A stretch of DNA of 64,000 nt from Geosiphon pyriformis uo1. Its lineage: Eukaryota > Fungi > Glomeromycota. The first letter of the stretch is position 1, and every line of letters starts with the position of its first letter. Made by a program: the position numbers and the translations under genes. Shown in pieces: positions 30,024 to 40,218 of the stretch. Location of the stretch: the NCBI GenBank assembly GCA_016748015.1, contig JAAOMT010000703.1, positions 248,001 to 312,000 on the forward strand. Reading direction: 5' to 3'. The notes beneath the pieces are model-generated. The model made no database searches. It saw nothing but the letters and a program-made list of their open reading frames with translations, and had not been told where the DNA came from.

Positions 30024-30902
30024 TGTTACAGGTGATTATTTCTGCAGTTGAATTAAATAACAAACCTGTAACTTGGTGCTCAAAAGCTATTTCCGTTGAT
30101 GATGTTCTGTAAGTGTTGTATCTGAAGGTTTCGATGGGTCTGAAGGTTTTGGTGGAGTCCTTTGTATAATGGACAGAGATTCAATAGTGTCGATAATAGA
30201 TGTATCTTTCCAAGAGTTTTTCCAATTTCTTTCTCAGCGTGGTGGCCGGATTTAGTCTGGCAGTCATGCCCTTCTGGTAAGCTATCCGATAATATATAAA
30301 ATTCTACCCTTATTTCTGGGTCTTTTACCAGGCTATCCTTGACGTCAATAACTCAGCACTTAATTCTTTTAATCAGTTAGTATACAACAACAAATCAAAA
30401 TAAAATAAAGAAAAAAAAATAAAAGAAAAATAAAGAAAGAAAGAAATAAGCCAAGGCAATTTTGCAGATTAGTATCCTGTCAATAGCCGTGATCAAGAGC
30501 TATTGTTCCAGCGTGGTTAAGTATCAATTACTATCAACATGAAGTGTTGATAGTGGAGAGTGGGTTGAGATATGGAATAATTATTTATTTGATGATTGTG
30601 TTTTTTAGGCTAAGGATTCTGTGGTATTGATTCTGTCTTTTCTGTTTCTAATACTACTGCTATATATACATAATTAAGATTCTTCAATTCCTCGATTCTT
30701 CACAACAGGAATCCTAGAATTCTTGGAATCCTGTGATTCTTTTGAGAGGAATCCTGGAATCCTGCAATTCCTTATCAGAAATCCTGAAATTCCTGGAATC
30801 CTGCAATTCCTGAAAGAAATCTTAGAATTCCACATTTACTATGCTTACTTCTGATTGGCTAATAATTATGCTAATATATTTTCTATATTTCTATGAGTAA
30901 CA
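30024..30902 (-). repeat. 3' LTR of C
   Basis: About 94% identical by eye to 39328-40214, with one 8-bp indel in the GGAATCCT array. Confidence 0.95.
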
Positions 30903-30918
30903 TTATTCCCTTCTTTTT
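30903..30918 (-). promoter_or_regulatory. Polypurine tract of C
   Basis: Minus strand AAAAAGAAGGGAATAA abuts the 3' LTR; equivalents exist in B, D, F and G. Confidence 0.85.
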
Positions 30919-31546
30919 AATATTGAGCTCCGTCGAAATCTAACTCATGTAATTCCCCTTCTTGAAGTATTTTCTGGATTTTGTTTTCAAGAATTACTTG
31001 TGTTATTTGGGTCTGTAATTCTTTAAATTGAGCATTGGTGATTTTCCCCAGTTGATTACTGGTAACCATATCTATTGCTCTGTTGTGTAATATTTCTGGT
31101 TTATCTTGAAATGCTGTGTGTATTTGGTATATGGCTCGGGCTTGTGTAGATAAGTTGTTTTTTCCCACAAAATGTTTTAATTGTTGTAGTATTCTTTTGT
31201 CAAATAATCGCTTTGTTTTATCCGTATATAGATTCTGAATATTTATGTGTTGTCCCAAGTAGAAATAACAATAATTTCGTGGGAATTGTTGTATTCACCA
31301 ATTCCAAGTTTCTTTAGTCAACTCTTGATATAGTGACTCTTTTGTCAATTCTTTTATTGCTAATTTTACTTTCGCCATAATTTTGTCCATGGTATTTTCA
31401 GTTTTCTTCTGTGTTCTGAGTTGAAATGTTTTTCTAGTATCTTGATATTGAATGGTTTGTTGATTAATTGTAATCTCTATTTCCTGGTGTTGGATTAATT
31501 GAAAGAATTGTTGTGCTAGTGAGTAAATGTTGTTTGTAATTTCCAT
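30917..31546 (-). pseudogene. ORF3 (env position, unknown function, about 210 aa, one internal TGA)
   Basis: ORFs 31295-31546 and 30917-31258 are in the same frame, 36 nt apart. Homologous relics in B (29350-29988) and at 2210-2860. Confidence 0.75.
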
Positions 31547-31600
31547 TTTTTTGATATTTCCTGTCGCGTCTACTATGTCTTTATATATTCTTTTGATGGA

Positions 31601-34600
31601 TTAATTTAACATGTTGTTGTTAATAATAATGATTGGTTCCAGATCTTGTGGAATCTTATCTGGTTGGACTAGTATTTTCTGTACTCCTAATTGTGGAATA
31701 TTACTGGTAGATAGTAGTATGATGTTGTGATATAGTTTCAGTCGATCTCCATGTGCTGCTTTGGTTAAAATTTTGTTATCCAATCTTAATTTGTAAGCTC
31801 CATTTCCTAGAATTTCTTTTATGTGAAATGGTCCGTCCCATTTGGGGTCAAATTTTCCACTCCATTGTTTTTCTGCTTTGGTACAATGTAGTAATACTTT
31901 GTCTCTGATCTTGAATTCAACTGGTTTGTCTGGTAGTTGACTATCATGTCTTTTTTTCTGTGTTTTTTGTGACTTTTGGATATTATTAGCTGCTCTTCTT
32001 CATTTGTTTTCCAATGTTTCCATTAAGTCATATGTTCTTCTCAGCAATGTTTCTTGAAAATTTTTCTCTGTTATTGGTTCAGCTGGATATGTATTAATTT
32101 CTCTCTCTACTGGTAATGTTGCTATTCTCCTGTATACTAATTCAAATGGTGTTGCTTGTGTAGTATCTTGTTTTATTGTCCGATAAGCAAATAGTACTGA
32201 TGGTATGAACAAATCCCAATTGTTCTGGTTTTCTTGGCTGAGCTTGGCTATTGCTTTACACAATGTTCTGTTGAATCTTTCTACTAATCCGTTGGTTTGT
32301 GGATGGTATGGTAATGATAATGGTCTCTTGATTCTGAATCTTTGGCTCAATTCTGTTAATGTTCTGTTTACAAAATGAGTTCCTTGATCTGATAATAATT
32401 CTTTTGGACATCCATGTCGACAAATCAAATCCTAATGAATGAATTCGGCAACAGATTCTGCATCCACTCTTTGAATTGCTTTTGCCTCTGGCCATTTAGT
32501 AAGATAGTCCATAGCTACTGCTATGTATCTGTTTCCTCTACTGGTGATTGTTAATGGTCCGACTAAATCAATTCCCATACGGTCAAATGGTTGTCCCACT
32601 TTGATTGGTCTTAATGGTTCTCTGGGTCTTGTTCCTCTTCTTTGCTGACAAGCATCACAATTTTGAACATATTGAATGATGTCTGGGTACATTGATGGCC
32701 AATAGTATCTTTTTCTAGTTCTTTCCATGGTTGCTTCTTTGTGAAAATGTCCTGCTGTTGGATTTGAGTGTATGTTGAATAATATTGTCTCTTTTTCTGG
32801 CTCTGTGATTACTCTGGTTGGTTGATCTGGATCTCTTCTATTTTTCTGATAAAATATATTTTGGTAAGTGATAAAATATTTTTATTGTTGTTTAATATTC
32901 TTTCATTCCATATGAAATAAATTCTCCTTGAACTATTGAGTATTTAAATAATATTGTAATTGTTGATATTTTTGTATGTTCATCTTTTGTTGTATTTTTC
33001 CATTGGTATTGTTCTGGTTTTATTATATTTTTGGGTTGAAATGTTCTTAGATTTGTCTTATTCATAATAAACCATCAGCATTTCCATTGTCTTTTCCTTT
33101 TTTGTAATGTATAGTATAATTGTATAGTGCGAGTGTCATTTTCTATCTTGACTGTCTTCCATCTCCAAATTCTTGTTTTTGGAGTGATGTCAATCCCTTA
33201 TGATCTGTGTATACTTCAAACTTCTGGCTCAAGTATTCTTTCCATTTCATGATGGCCCAGTATATTGCTAAGTGTTCTTGTTCCAGTGTTCTATAGTTCT
33301 TTTCGGCTGGTGTTAAATCTCTGCTGGCATATACTACTGGATGTTCTCTGCCGTCTGGTCCTCTCTGAAATAATACTGCTCCCAATGCTTGGCTGGATAC
33401 ATTAGTGGTAATGATAAATGGTTTGCTGTAATCTGGATAGATTAGTACTGGAGCTTGGATAAGCTTTTTCCTCAGAATATCAAAAGCTTTTTGTTGACTT
33501 TCTGTCCATTCATATTTCACATTTTTGTTTTGTAGTTGATTGAGTGGCTGTGCTATCTTGGAAAAGTTCTTGATAAAACGATGATAGTAGCTGGTAAATC
33601 CCAAGAATAATTTCAGTTCTATTATATTGGTCGGTACTAGAAAGTTTTTTACTATCTCTATTTTCTCTGGATCCGTTTTAATGCCATCTTTGCTGATTAT
33701 GTGTCCCAAGAATTTGAGTTCCATCTTGCCAAAGAAGCACTTTGTCACATTTAGCTTCAGTCCTGCTCTTTTTAGTCTTTTGAACATTTGTTGAAGATGA
33801 TGAAGATAATTATCAAACATCTTTGAGAATACATTGGTGTCGTCCAAATATACAACTACTGATTTCTACAATAAGCCTGTATAAACAATTTCCATTAGCT
33901 GTTGGAAAGTTGCTGGGGTATTGGTTAAGCCAAATGGCATTACTTCAAATTCGAAATTCCCTTCTCTAATAGTAAATGCCATCTTCTCTTTGTCAGCTGG
34001 ATTCATGGCTACTTGCCAGTAATCACTGTCCAAATCTAATGTGGAGAACCATTTGTTCCCACTGAAAGCATCAAATAATTCTTGTATTCATGGAGTTGGA
34101 TAACTGTCTCCACGAGTTACACTATTGAGTTTTCTGTAGTCTACACAAAACTGGATTTTTCCATTTTTCTTATGGACGAGTACCACTGGTGATGATTATG
34201 GACTCATTGATAGTTGAATTAGCCCGTTGTCAAGCATTCTGTTTATCTCTTGACAAATAATCTCGTGGCTGGCTGGCGGCACTCTGTATGTTCTTTGTTT
34301 GATTGACATTGCATCTCTAGTCTTAATCTAATGCTGGATGATGTCAGTTCAGCCAAACTCATTTTTGCTGGCAAAGATGTCATTGAAATTGTTGAGTAAT
34401 ATCTTAAGCTGCATACATTGGAGTGGATCTAAGTTTCCTATGTTCATTTGTTCCAATTGTTCTGGTTAGAGCAAATAACATTCGTCTCGTTCATAGATTG
34501 TTTGTGATGTGATGTCAACATATCCACAAAGTTGTGGAAAGTCTGGAATGGGGTTTGGTGGTTGGTCCTCTATTTCTGTGGTCAAATATCTGATGGTGGT

Positions 34601-37600
34601 TCCTTCTGGTATGCTGATGACATTGCCAGTATTGTTGTAGATGGGAATTTTTATGCTGCTATAGCTTTTGGCTAGTATGTGGAGATTGATTAATCCAATC
34701 TCTCCCGATTCACAAAGGGTTGCTTCTGTTTTAAACATCTGTTCTTGCTCCTTTTCCTTCCTTTCTATTGCTAACATGTACTGGCTATATGGTGGGATAG
34801 AAATAGCTTGACCAGTTGAGATAATGTCTCCTTGACCAACAATTTTTTCCTCTGCCATGTTAACTGGTACATCTATTCTACCTGTGGATCCAAATCCTTG
34901 TATTCCTTTCGCCGTTATTCCTAATTTTTTCCTCTTTCCCACTGATACTAACTGAGCTATTCTAACCAGAGGCAGGAATATTGCCTGTGCTATCTTTTCA
35001 TTGGGCTCTATTACATAGGTCTTTTCTGAGTTATTTTGTAGCATAGTGATAATATTTCCTACATATTCCGTGTTAATTATTCCTCTTCTTATATTAATCC
35101 CTTTTTTCACTAAACTATTCCTAGATGCTAGTTGAACCATGGTTGTTGCCGGAATTTCTAGTGCTATTTTCAGATCAATGCAGGTGTGTGAATGTGGTTC
35201 CAGTTTGATGGCATCTTTTCCTGAATATCTTAGATCAAACCCTGCATCAGTATTATGCGCCTGTTCTAGCATAATACCTTCTCCATTGTCACTATACTAT
35301 TTCAACTCTTGTTCCTTAGAGAGATCTGGTAGTGCAATGTATTGTTCATAGTTTACATTAGAGTTTGTATCTGAGTTGGAATCATTGTCATTGTCATTGC
35401 CTTTTTGAACAGAGCTTGAACCATTGTTGTCATCGTCATTGTTGGAGTTTGAATCATGATTGATTGGCAATTGTGATTTTGATGCGCAGCTGCTGATTGG
35501 TTTTTTCTCTTCTGGGATCGTGTAGATCATGCGTGGTGGTGGATTGTAAATGAGGTCACACTCATCGCAATACTGGAAGTCACAGGGAATTAGGCAGTAT
35601 TAACATAGTCGAACGTTCAACTGCTCTAACTATTGTTCTTGTTTTTCCCTTGTGGGTGCTAATTCTTGATAGTGTTTATGGAATTGTTCCAGGTCTAGGA
35701 GGTTTATGATGGGTTCGGCGTCCCAGTCAAGCTCTAAAGATTCTGGGAGGTTGTCTTTAATCATTTTTATCTCTTCTGGCATCGTCCCTTTGATTTTTGC
35801 AAGTGCTATTTGCCAAATTTCATCGTCGTCATGTGGATAACTGTCCAATTGCTGTACTGCTCTTCTTTAGGCTGCTTCTATTGGAGTTCCTTTCCTTACC
35901 CAGTCACTTATTAGAATTGTGTATTGACACAATACATTGCATATTCCTCCATGTCCAGAAATGTTATGCCACATTTCTTCATCCAAAAAAGTCTCTCCAC
36001 AAGCTAAGCATGGCTGATTGTCCCATTTCCCTACTTGTTTTGGTCTTCCAAAGTGTTCAAAAATGCATGGGCGGATATAGAACTTAGTTGTCATTGAATA
36101 TTCCTCATCGTTCCCACAGCATGCGCCCATTGACAACAATTTTTTGCCATAATTGATGTAGATAAGCTTGGGTCGATGATAAGTAGATTGTTGTGGTGTA
36201 GTGTAGGTGTTATAAGTGGTAGTGGTTTGAGTGGTCTCTTTTTCTTTTCCCTTCCCTTTATTTTTATTGTCTTCTTCCCATTCCCAACTTGAAGTCGGTT
36301 TGCTTTCATTGTGGTCGGTCCACATCAGGTCATTGGTTTCCCAGGTAAGTTCTTCTTTTTGTTTCTCTTTTTCTTGATAGTTGTCGTCCCAGAAGAGTAT
36401 TGGCGGCAGCTTGTTGTGCTCTTCATCAACCCACGATACTTGGTAGGCTTCCCAAGTAGGCTTTTTTTTCTCCTCCTCCAGCTTGATCAATAGTTTCTCT
36501 CTTGGAGGAGTTTTGAAGTGGCCACATGTGGCCAGAACACATATGTGTTGGCTCTGATATGTTAGCTGAAGTTCTTGAGTGTTCCAGTCTAACGTTGCAT
36601 TGGCTTTGGATAGCCAGTCATTATCAACAAGAGCTTGGTATTGAGTGGCTTCCATTACTAGAACTTTAATGGGAGTCATGATGCCATTGACTTCAAAAAG
36701 GAAATTGTTGATTTTGCCAATTAGAGTTTTGGTCACTCCATTGGCTGTAATGATTCTGGCGCTGGCAGCTCGATCAACTCGGTGACCTAATTGATCCATG
36801 AGTTGTCTAGTGATTATGCTGCCAGCTGATCCACTATCTAGGATGAGTTTGATGAGGTGACCATCAACTCTGGCATCTGTGTACATGGCTGTTATGGGTT
36901 TCTCTTCGAGGGCAGCTCCACTGAATAACGGTATTGTTGTGTTTTCTTTGAGTTCGAAAGGAAAGATGGCTGCTAGGGATTCATCACTAGAGATGGTTGC
37001 CGGTGGAATGATGTTAGTAGATATGTGCTAATTGAATTCTGTGTTGTTGGAGGTGGTGTTTTTTGGAGTAACTAGGAGACTTAAATAATGTTGAGAATTT
37101 GGGTTTTGGACACGACTGGTATCCAAATTCTGGGTGCATAATCCTGATGGTAAGTTTAGTAAACTGGAGATCAGTTGGTGAACAACCATTGCTGATCTCC
37201 AGTTTTGAGTAACTCTGGATTAAGGATTGCCTGATGTCATTTGAGCTGGATTCTGGGTTGGTGTTTGAATTGGTTGGGGTTGATAAATAATTTGTGGCTG
37301 TGGTTGATATATTACTTGTGGCTGCAGCTGATAAATCGGAAGTTGATACACTGGCAGGTGATAGATTGGTTGCTGTGTCATAGGCAGGTAATTATTTTGA
37401 TATTGGTCTTGATTCTGATTTGGATAATGATTCAGAGTTTGGAACTGACAATTAGGGTTTCGATATTGATTTCCTGATCGTTGGTTATTTAGATGCTGGC
37501 AACAATCAATTTGGATATGTCCTTGTTTCCCATAATAGTGGCAGATATGTGTTTCCTGTTGTCATTGTTGATTGGTTGATGAAGATAGGTGTGGTTGATT

Positions 37601-39265
37601 TTGGCCACGATTAGAGTTTCCTTGATTATTGCATCGTTGTGGAGGCTGATAAATGGTGTGATTGTCAGCTAAGTATCCTTCCAATCTCTTATTAATTGAT
37701 TCACTGAACTTCTCCAATTTGGAATTCAATTTAGATGATCCGTTCATGACTAAATTAATGGCTTGGGCATAGTTAGTCTCTGACTCGGCAGATTCAAAAT
37801 CTCTGGTGCATGTGACTGTGTCTTGAAGTGTGCCAGGATGCAATGGACATACATGTTGCAAGATGCTGCTGTGCAGGCCACAGATAAACTGATTGAGTAT
37901 CTGTGGTGCTGTGAAATAATTGGCATCAATTGCTTGAATTTGGCGTAGGTTTTGATAGAAGCATCTCAGGTAAGTGGTGACTGCTTCAGTTTCTTCTTGT
38001 TTTATGATGGTGAATGCATTAACTAGGCGATTGATGCTATTATTGTTGCTGAAGTATCTCAGAAATTTTGCTTTGAAAACATTGAAATCTTGTGGTTTAT
38101 TAATCAAGCTCTGGTACCATGAATTGGTGGTATCTTTGAGAAAGTAGGGAATGGCTTGCATTGCTCATGCATCATTCCATCCATTGGCTGTGATGGCTTT
38201 TTCTACATTGTTCAGCCATATTTGAGCATCATCCTCTTCGCCAGTAAAGTTGTCAAGTTTTGTGATTGGTGCATAGACCATTGGATCTAAGTTAGGTAGT
38301 TGTGGTGACTGTTGAAGCAGTTGTTGTTGTCCTGGCTGTTGGAGTAGTAGCTGAAGTAACTGTTGTATGAGTTCGGCTATGGGATTAATCGGTGGTTGAT
38401 TGATGACAATTACTGAAGGTAAATTTTGCTGATTAATTAATTCGGGTCCTTGATTTCTTTGATTTGGCAGTGTTCAAATATTCGGAGTTTCGTTTTCCGG
38501 ATTTTCTAACTGTTGCTGAGTTTGAAGGTTCGGGGTTTCAACTTTCGGGTTTTTAGTAATCGGATGCTGGTAAGTAAATTCTTGATCCTCTGATTCTTCT
38601 TCCTATTTTTCTGATTCTGCTGCTTCCCATGGATCAGAGATTCTGAAATCTGGTGGAGGTGGTGGTGATCGAAGTCCTGATGGGGTTGATGATTGCGAAT
38701 TAAATCCCTCAAAGTACTTGCCATATGGTCCTAACAATTCTGTTTTCTTTTGTCTACTTTGGAATGGGAATTGTCCAAATGCTGATGTCATAGTTGATGT
38801 GAATGCGTCTGTTAATAATATGTTGATGGCGCTTCCAGGTGTATGGTGGTAGGATGGGTTGCTTGGGGATTCAACTCTGTTTTTCTTCCAAGCAGGTGGC
38901 TGTATCTTTCTGGGTGTTACTGCTGGTGTTTGTAATTTTCCCTTGCCTTTACTAGCATATGTAATTAGATATCTTTGTTGAGTGTGATGTTCAATTTCTT
39001 TGTTGATCTCAGTAATAATGGATGCAAAATTATGATTTGTTGGCAGGTTGGTATTTTGAATTAATTCTCTATAGAAAGTTTCTCTTGCTGATTCAGTATT
39101 CACTGGTGTTCCTAATAAAGAAGAAATCTTTTCGTTGACATAGAAATTGAAGGCTAATTCGGTGAATATATGATTGTGGTTTAATCCCAAGTATTGACAA
39201 TAGTGTTGAAATAAGAATTTTGCAAATCCTAAATGGTTTGCTCCTATAGTTTCTGATTCTGCCAC
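31601..39265 (-). pseudogene. Single-frame gag-PR-dUTPase-RT-RNaseH-IN polyprotein of C with premature stops
   Basis: All fragment starts (39265, 38161, 36886, 35848, 35530, 35272, 33847, 32728, 32428, 31783) are 1 mod 3. Motifs: CHYYGKQGHIQIDC knuckle, LILDSGSAGS, YLDD, YTDHKGL, HH-CC, GIDLVGP/SDQG/VERFNRT, WDGPF. Confidence 0.92.
34878..35255 (-). other. dUTPase domain within pol of C
   Basis: All five trimeric dUTPase motifs are recognisable: AGFDL, ASR(N/S)SL, GII(N/D)xxYVG, EKIAQ, (K/R)GIQGFGSTG. Confidence 0.9.
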
Positions 39266-39307
39266 TTTTGGTTTGGTGTTGTCGGTGCTGGTTCTCTGTA
39301 GAATTAT

Positions 39308-39325
39308 ACCTCACAGGGAGCACCA
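39308..39325 (-). promoter_or_regulatory. Primer binding site TGGTGCTCCCTGTGAGGT, probably for elongator tRNA-Met
   Basis: Lies 2 nt from the 5' LTR. Its complement ACCTCACAGGGAGCACCA resembles recalled eukaryotic elongator tRNA-Met 3' ends. Confidence 0.75.
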
Positions 39326-39327
39326 AA

Positions 39328-40214
39328 TGTTACAGGTGATTATTTCTGTGGTTGAATTAAATAACAAACCTGTAACTTGGTGCTCAAAAGCTATTTCCGT
39401 TGATGATGTTCTGTAAGTGTTGTATCTAAAAGTTTCGATGGGTCTAAAGGTTTTGGTGGAGTCTTTTGTATAATGGACAGAGATTCAATAGTGTCGATAA
39501 TAGATGTATCTTTCCAAGAGTTTTCCCAATTTCTTTCTCAGCATGGTGGCCAGATTTAGTCTGACAGTTGTGCTTTTCTGGTAAGCTATCTGATAATATA
39601 TAAAATTCTACCCTTATTTCTGGGTTTTTTACCAGACTATTCTTGACATCAATAACTCAGCGCTTAATCCTTTTAATCAGTTAGTATACAACAACAAATC
39701 AAAATAAAATAAAGAAAAAGAAATAAAAGAAAAATAAAAAAAGAAAGAAATAAGCCAAGGCAATTTTGCAGATTAGTATCCCGTCAATAGCTGTGATCAA
39801 GAGCTATTGTTCCAGCGTGGTTAAGTATTAATTATTATCAACATGAAGTGTTGATAATGGAGAGTGGGTTGAGATATGGAATAATTATTTATTTAATAAT
39901 TGTGTTTTTTAGGCTAAGAATTCTGTGGTATTGATTCTGTCTTTTCTGTTTCTAATACTACTGCTATATATACATAATTGAGATTCCTCAATTCTTCAAT
40001 TCTTTACAACAGGAATTCTGGAATTCCTGGAATCCTGCAATTCTTTTGAGAGAAATCCTGGAATCCTGGAATCCTGCAATTCCTCATCGGAAATCCTGAA
40101 ATTCCTGGAATCCTGCAATTCCTGAAAGAAATCCTGGAATTCCACATTTACTATGCTTACTTCTGATTGGCTAATAATTATGCTAATATATTTCCTATAT
40201 TTTTATGAATAACA
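39328..40214 (-). repeat. 5' LTR of C
   Basis: Paired with 30024-30902. Sense strand has CCAAT near the start, a GGAATCCT array and a TATATATAG box at about 39964-39972. Confidence 0.95.
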
Positions 40215-40218
40215 ACAT

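Larger units (their letters stand above)
30024..40214 (-). mobile_element. Element C: youngest, best preserved dUTPase-Gypsy, inserted about 20 bp into the 3' LTR of B
   Basis: TG...CA LTRs 30024-30902 (879 bp) and 39328-40214 (887 bp). Perfect TSD ACAT (30020-30023 and 40215-40218). PBS and PPT present. Confidence 0.95.

Noticed and set aside
30365-30450. Intron in the LTR (sense U-rich tract, TACTAAC, then AG)
   Set aside because: I could not find a 5' splice site conserved across the LTR copies; RNA data would be needed.
30690-30830. Heat-shock elements in the C LTR array (GAAatTCCtgGAA)
   Set aside because: Only imperfect or two-unit nGAAn matches, as expected by chance from a GGAATCCT repeat.
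31601-31800. Chromodomain at the integrase C-terminus
   Set aside because: Only the GPF/SH3-like module and a short tail are present; no chromodomain aromatic-cage motif is visible.
31601-39265. Alternative genetic code or programmed readthrough explaining the many in-frame stops
   Set aside because: The stops are of all three types, mostly differ between copies and derive from Trp, Gln or Arg codons by transition. The host genes read normally in the standard code.
39308-39325. tRNA gene
   Set aside because: Only 18 nt complementary to a tRNA 3' end next to an LTR, with no cloverleaf.
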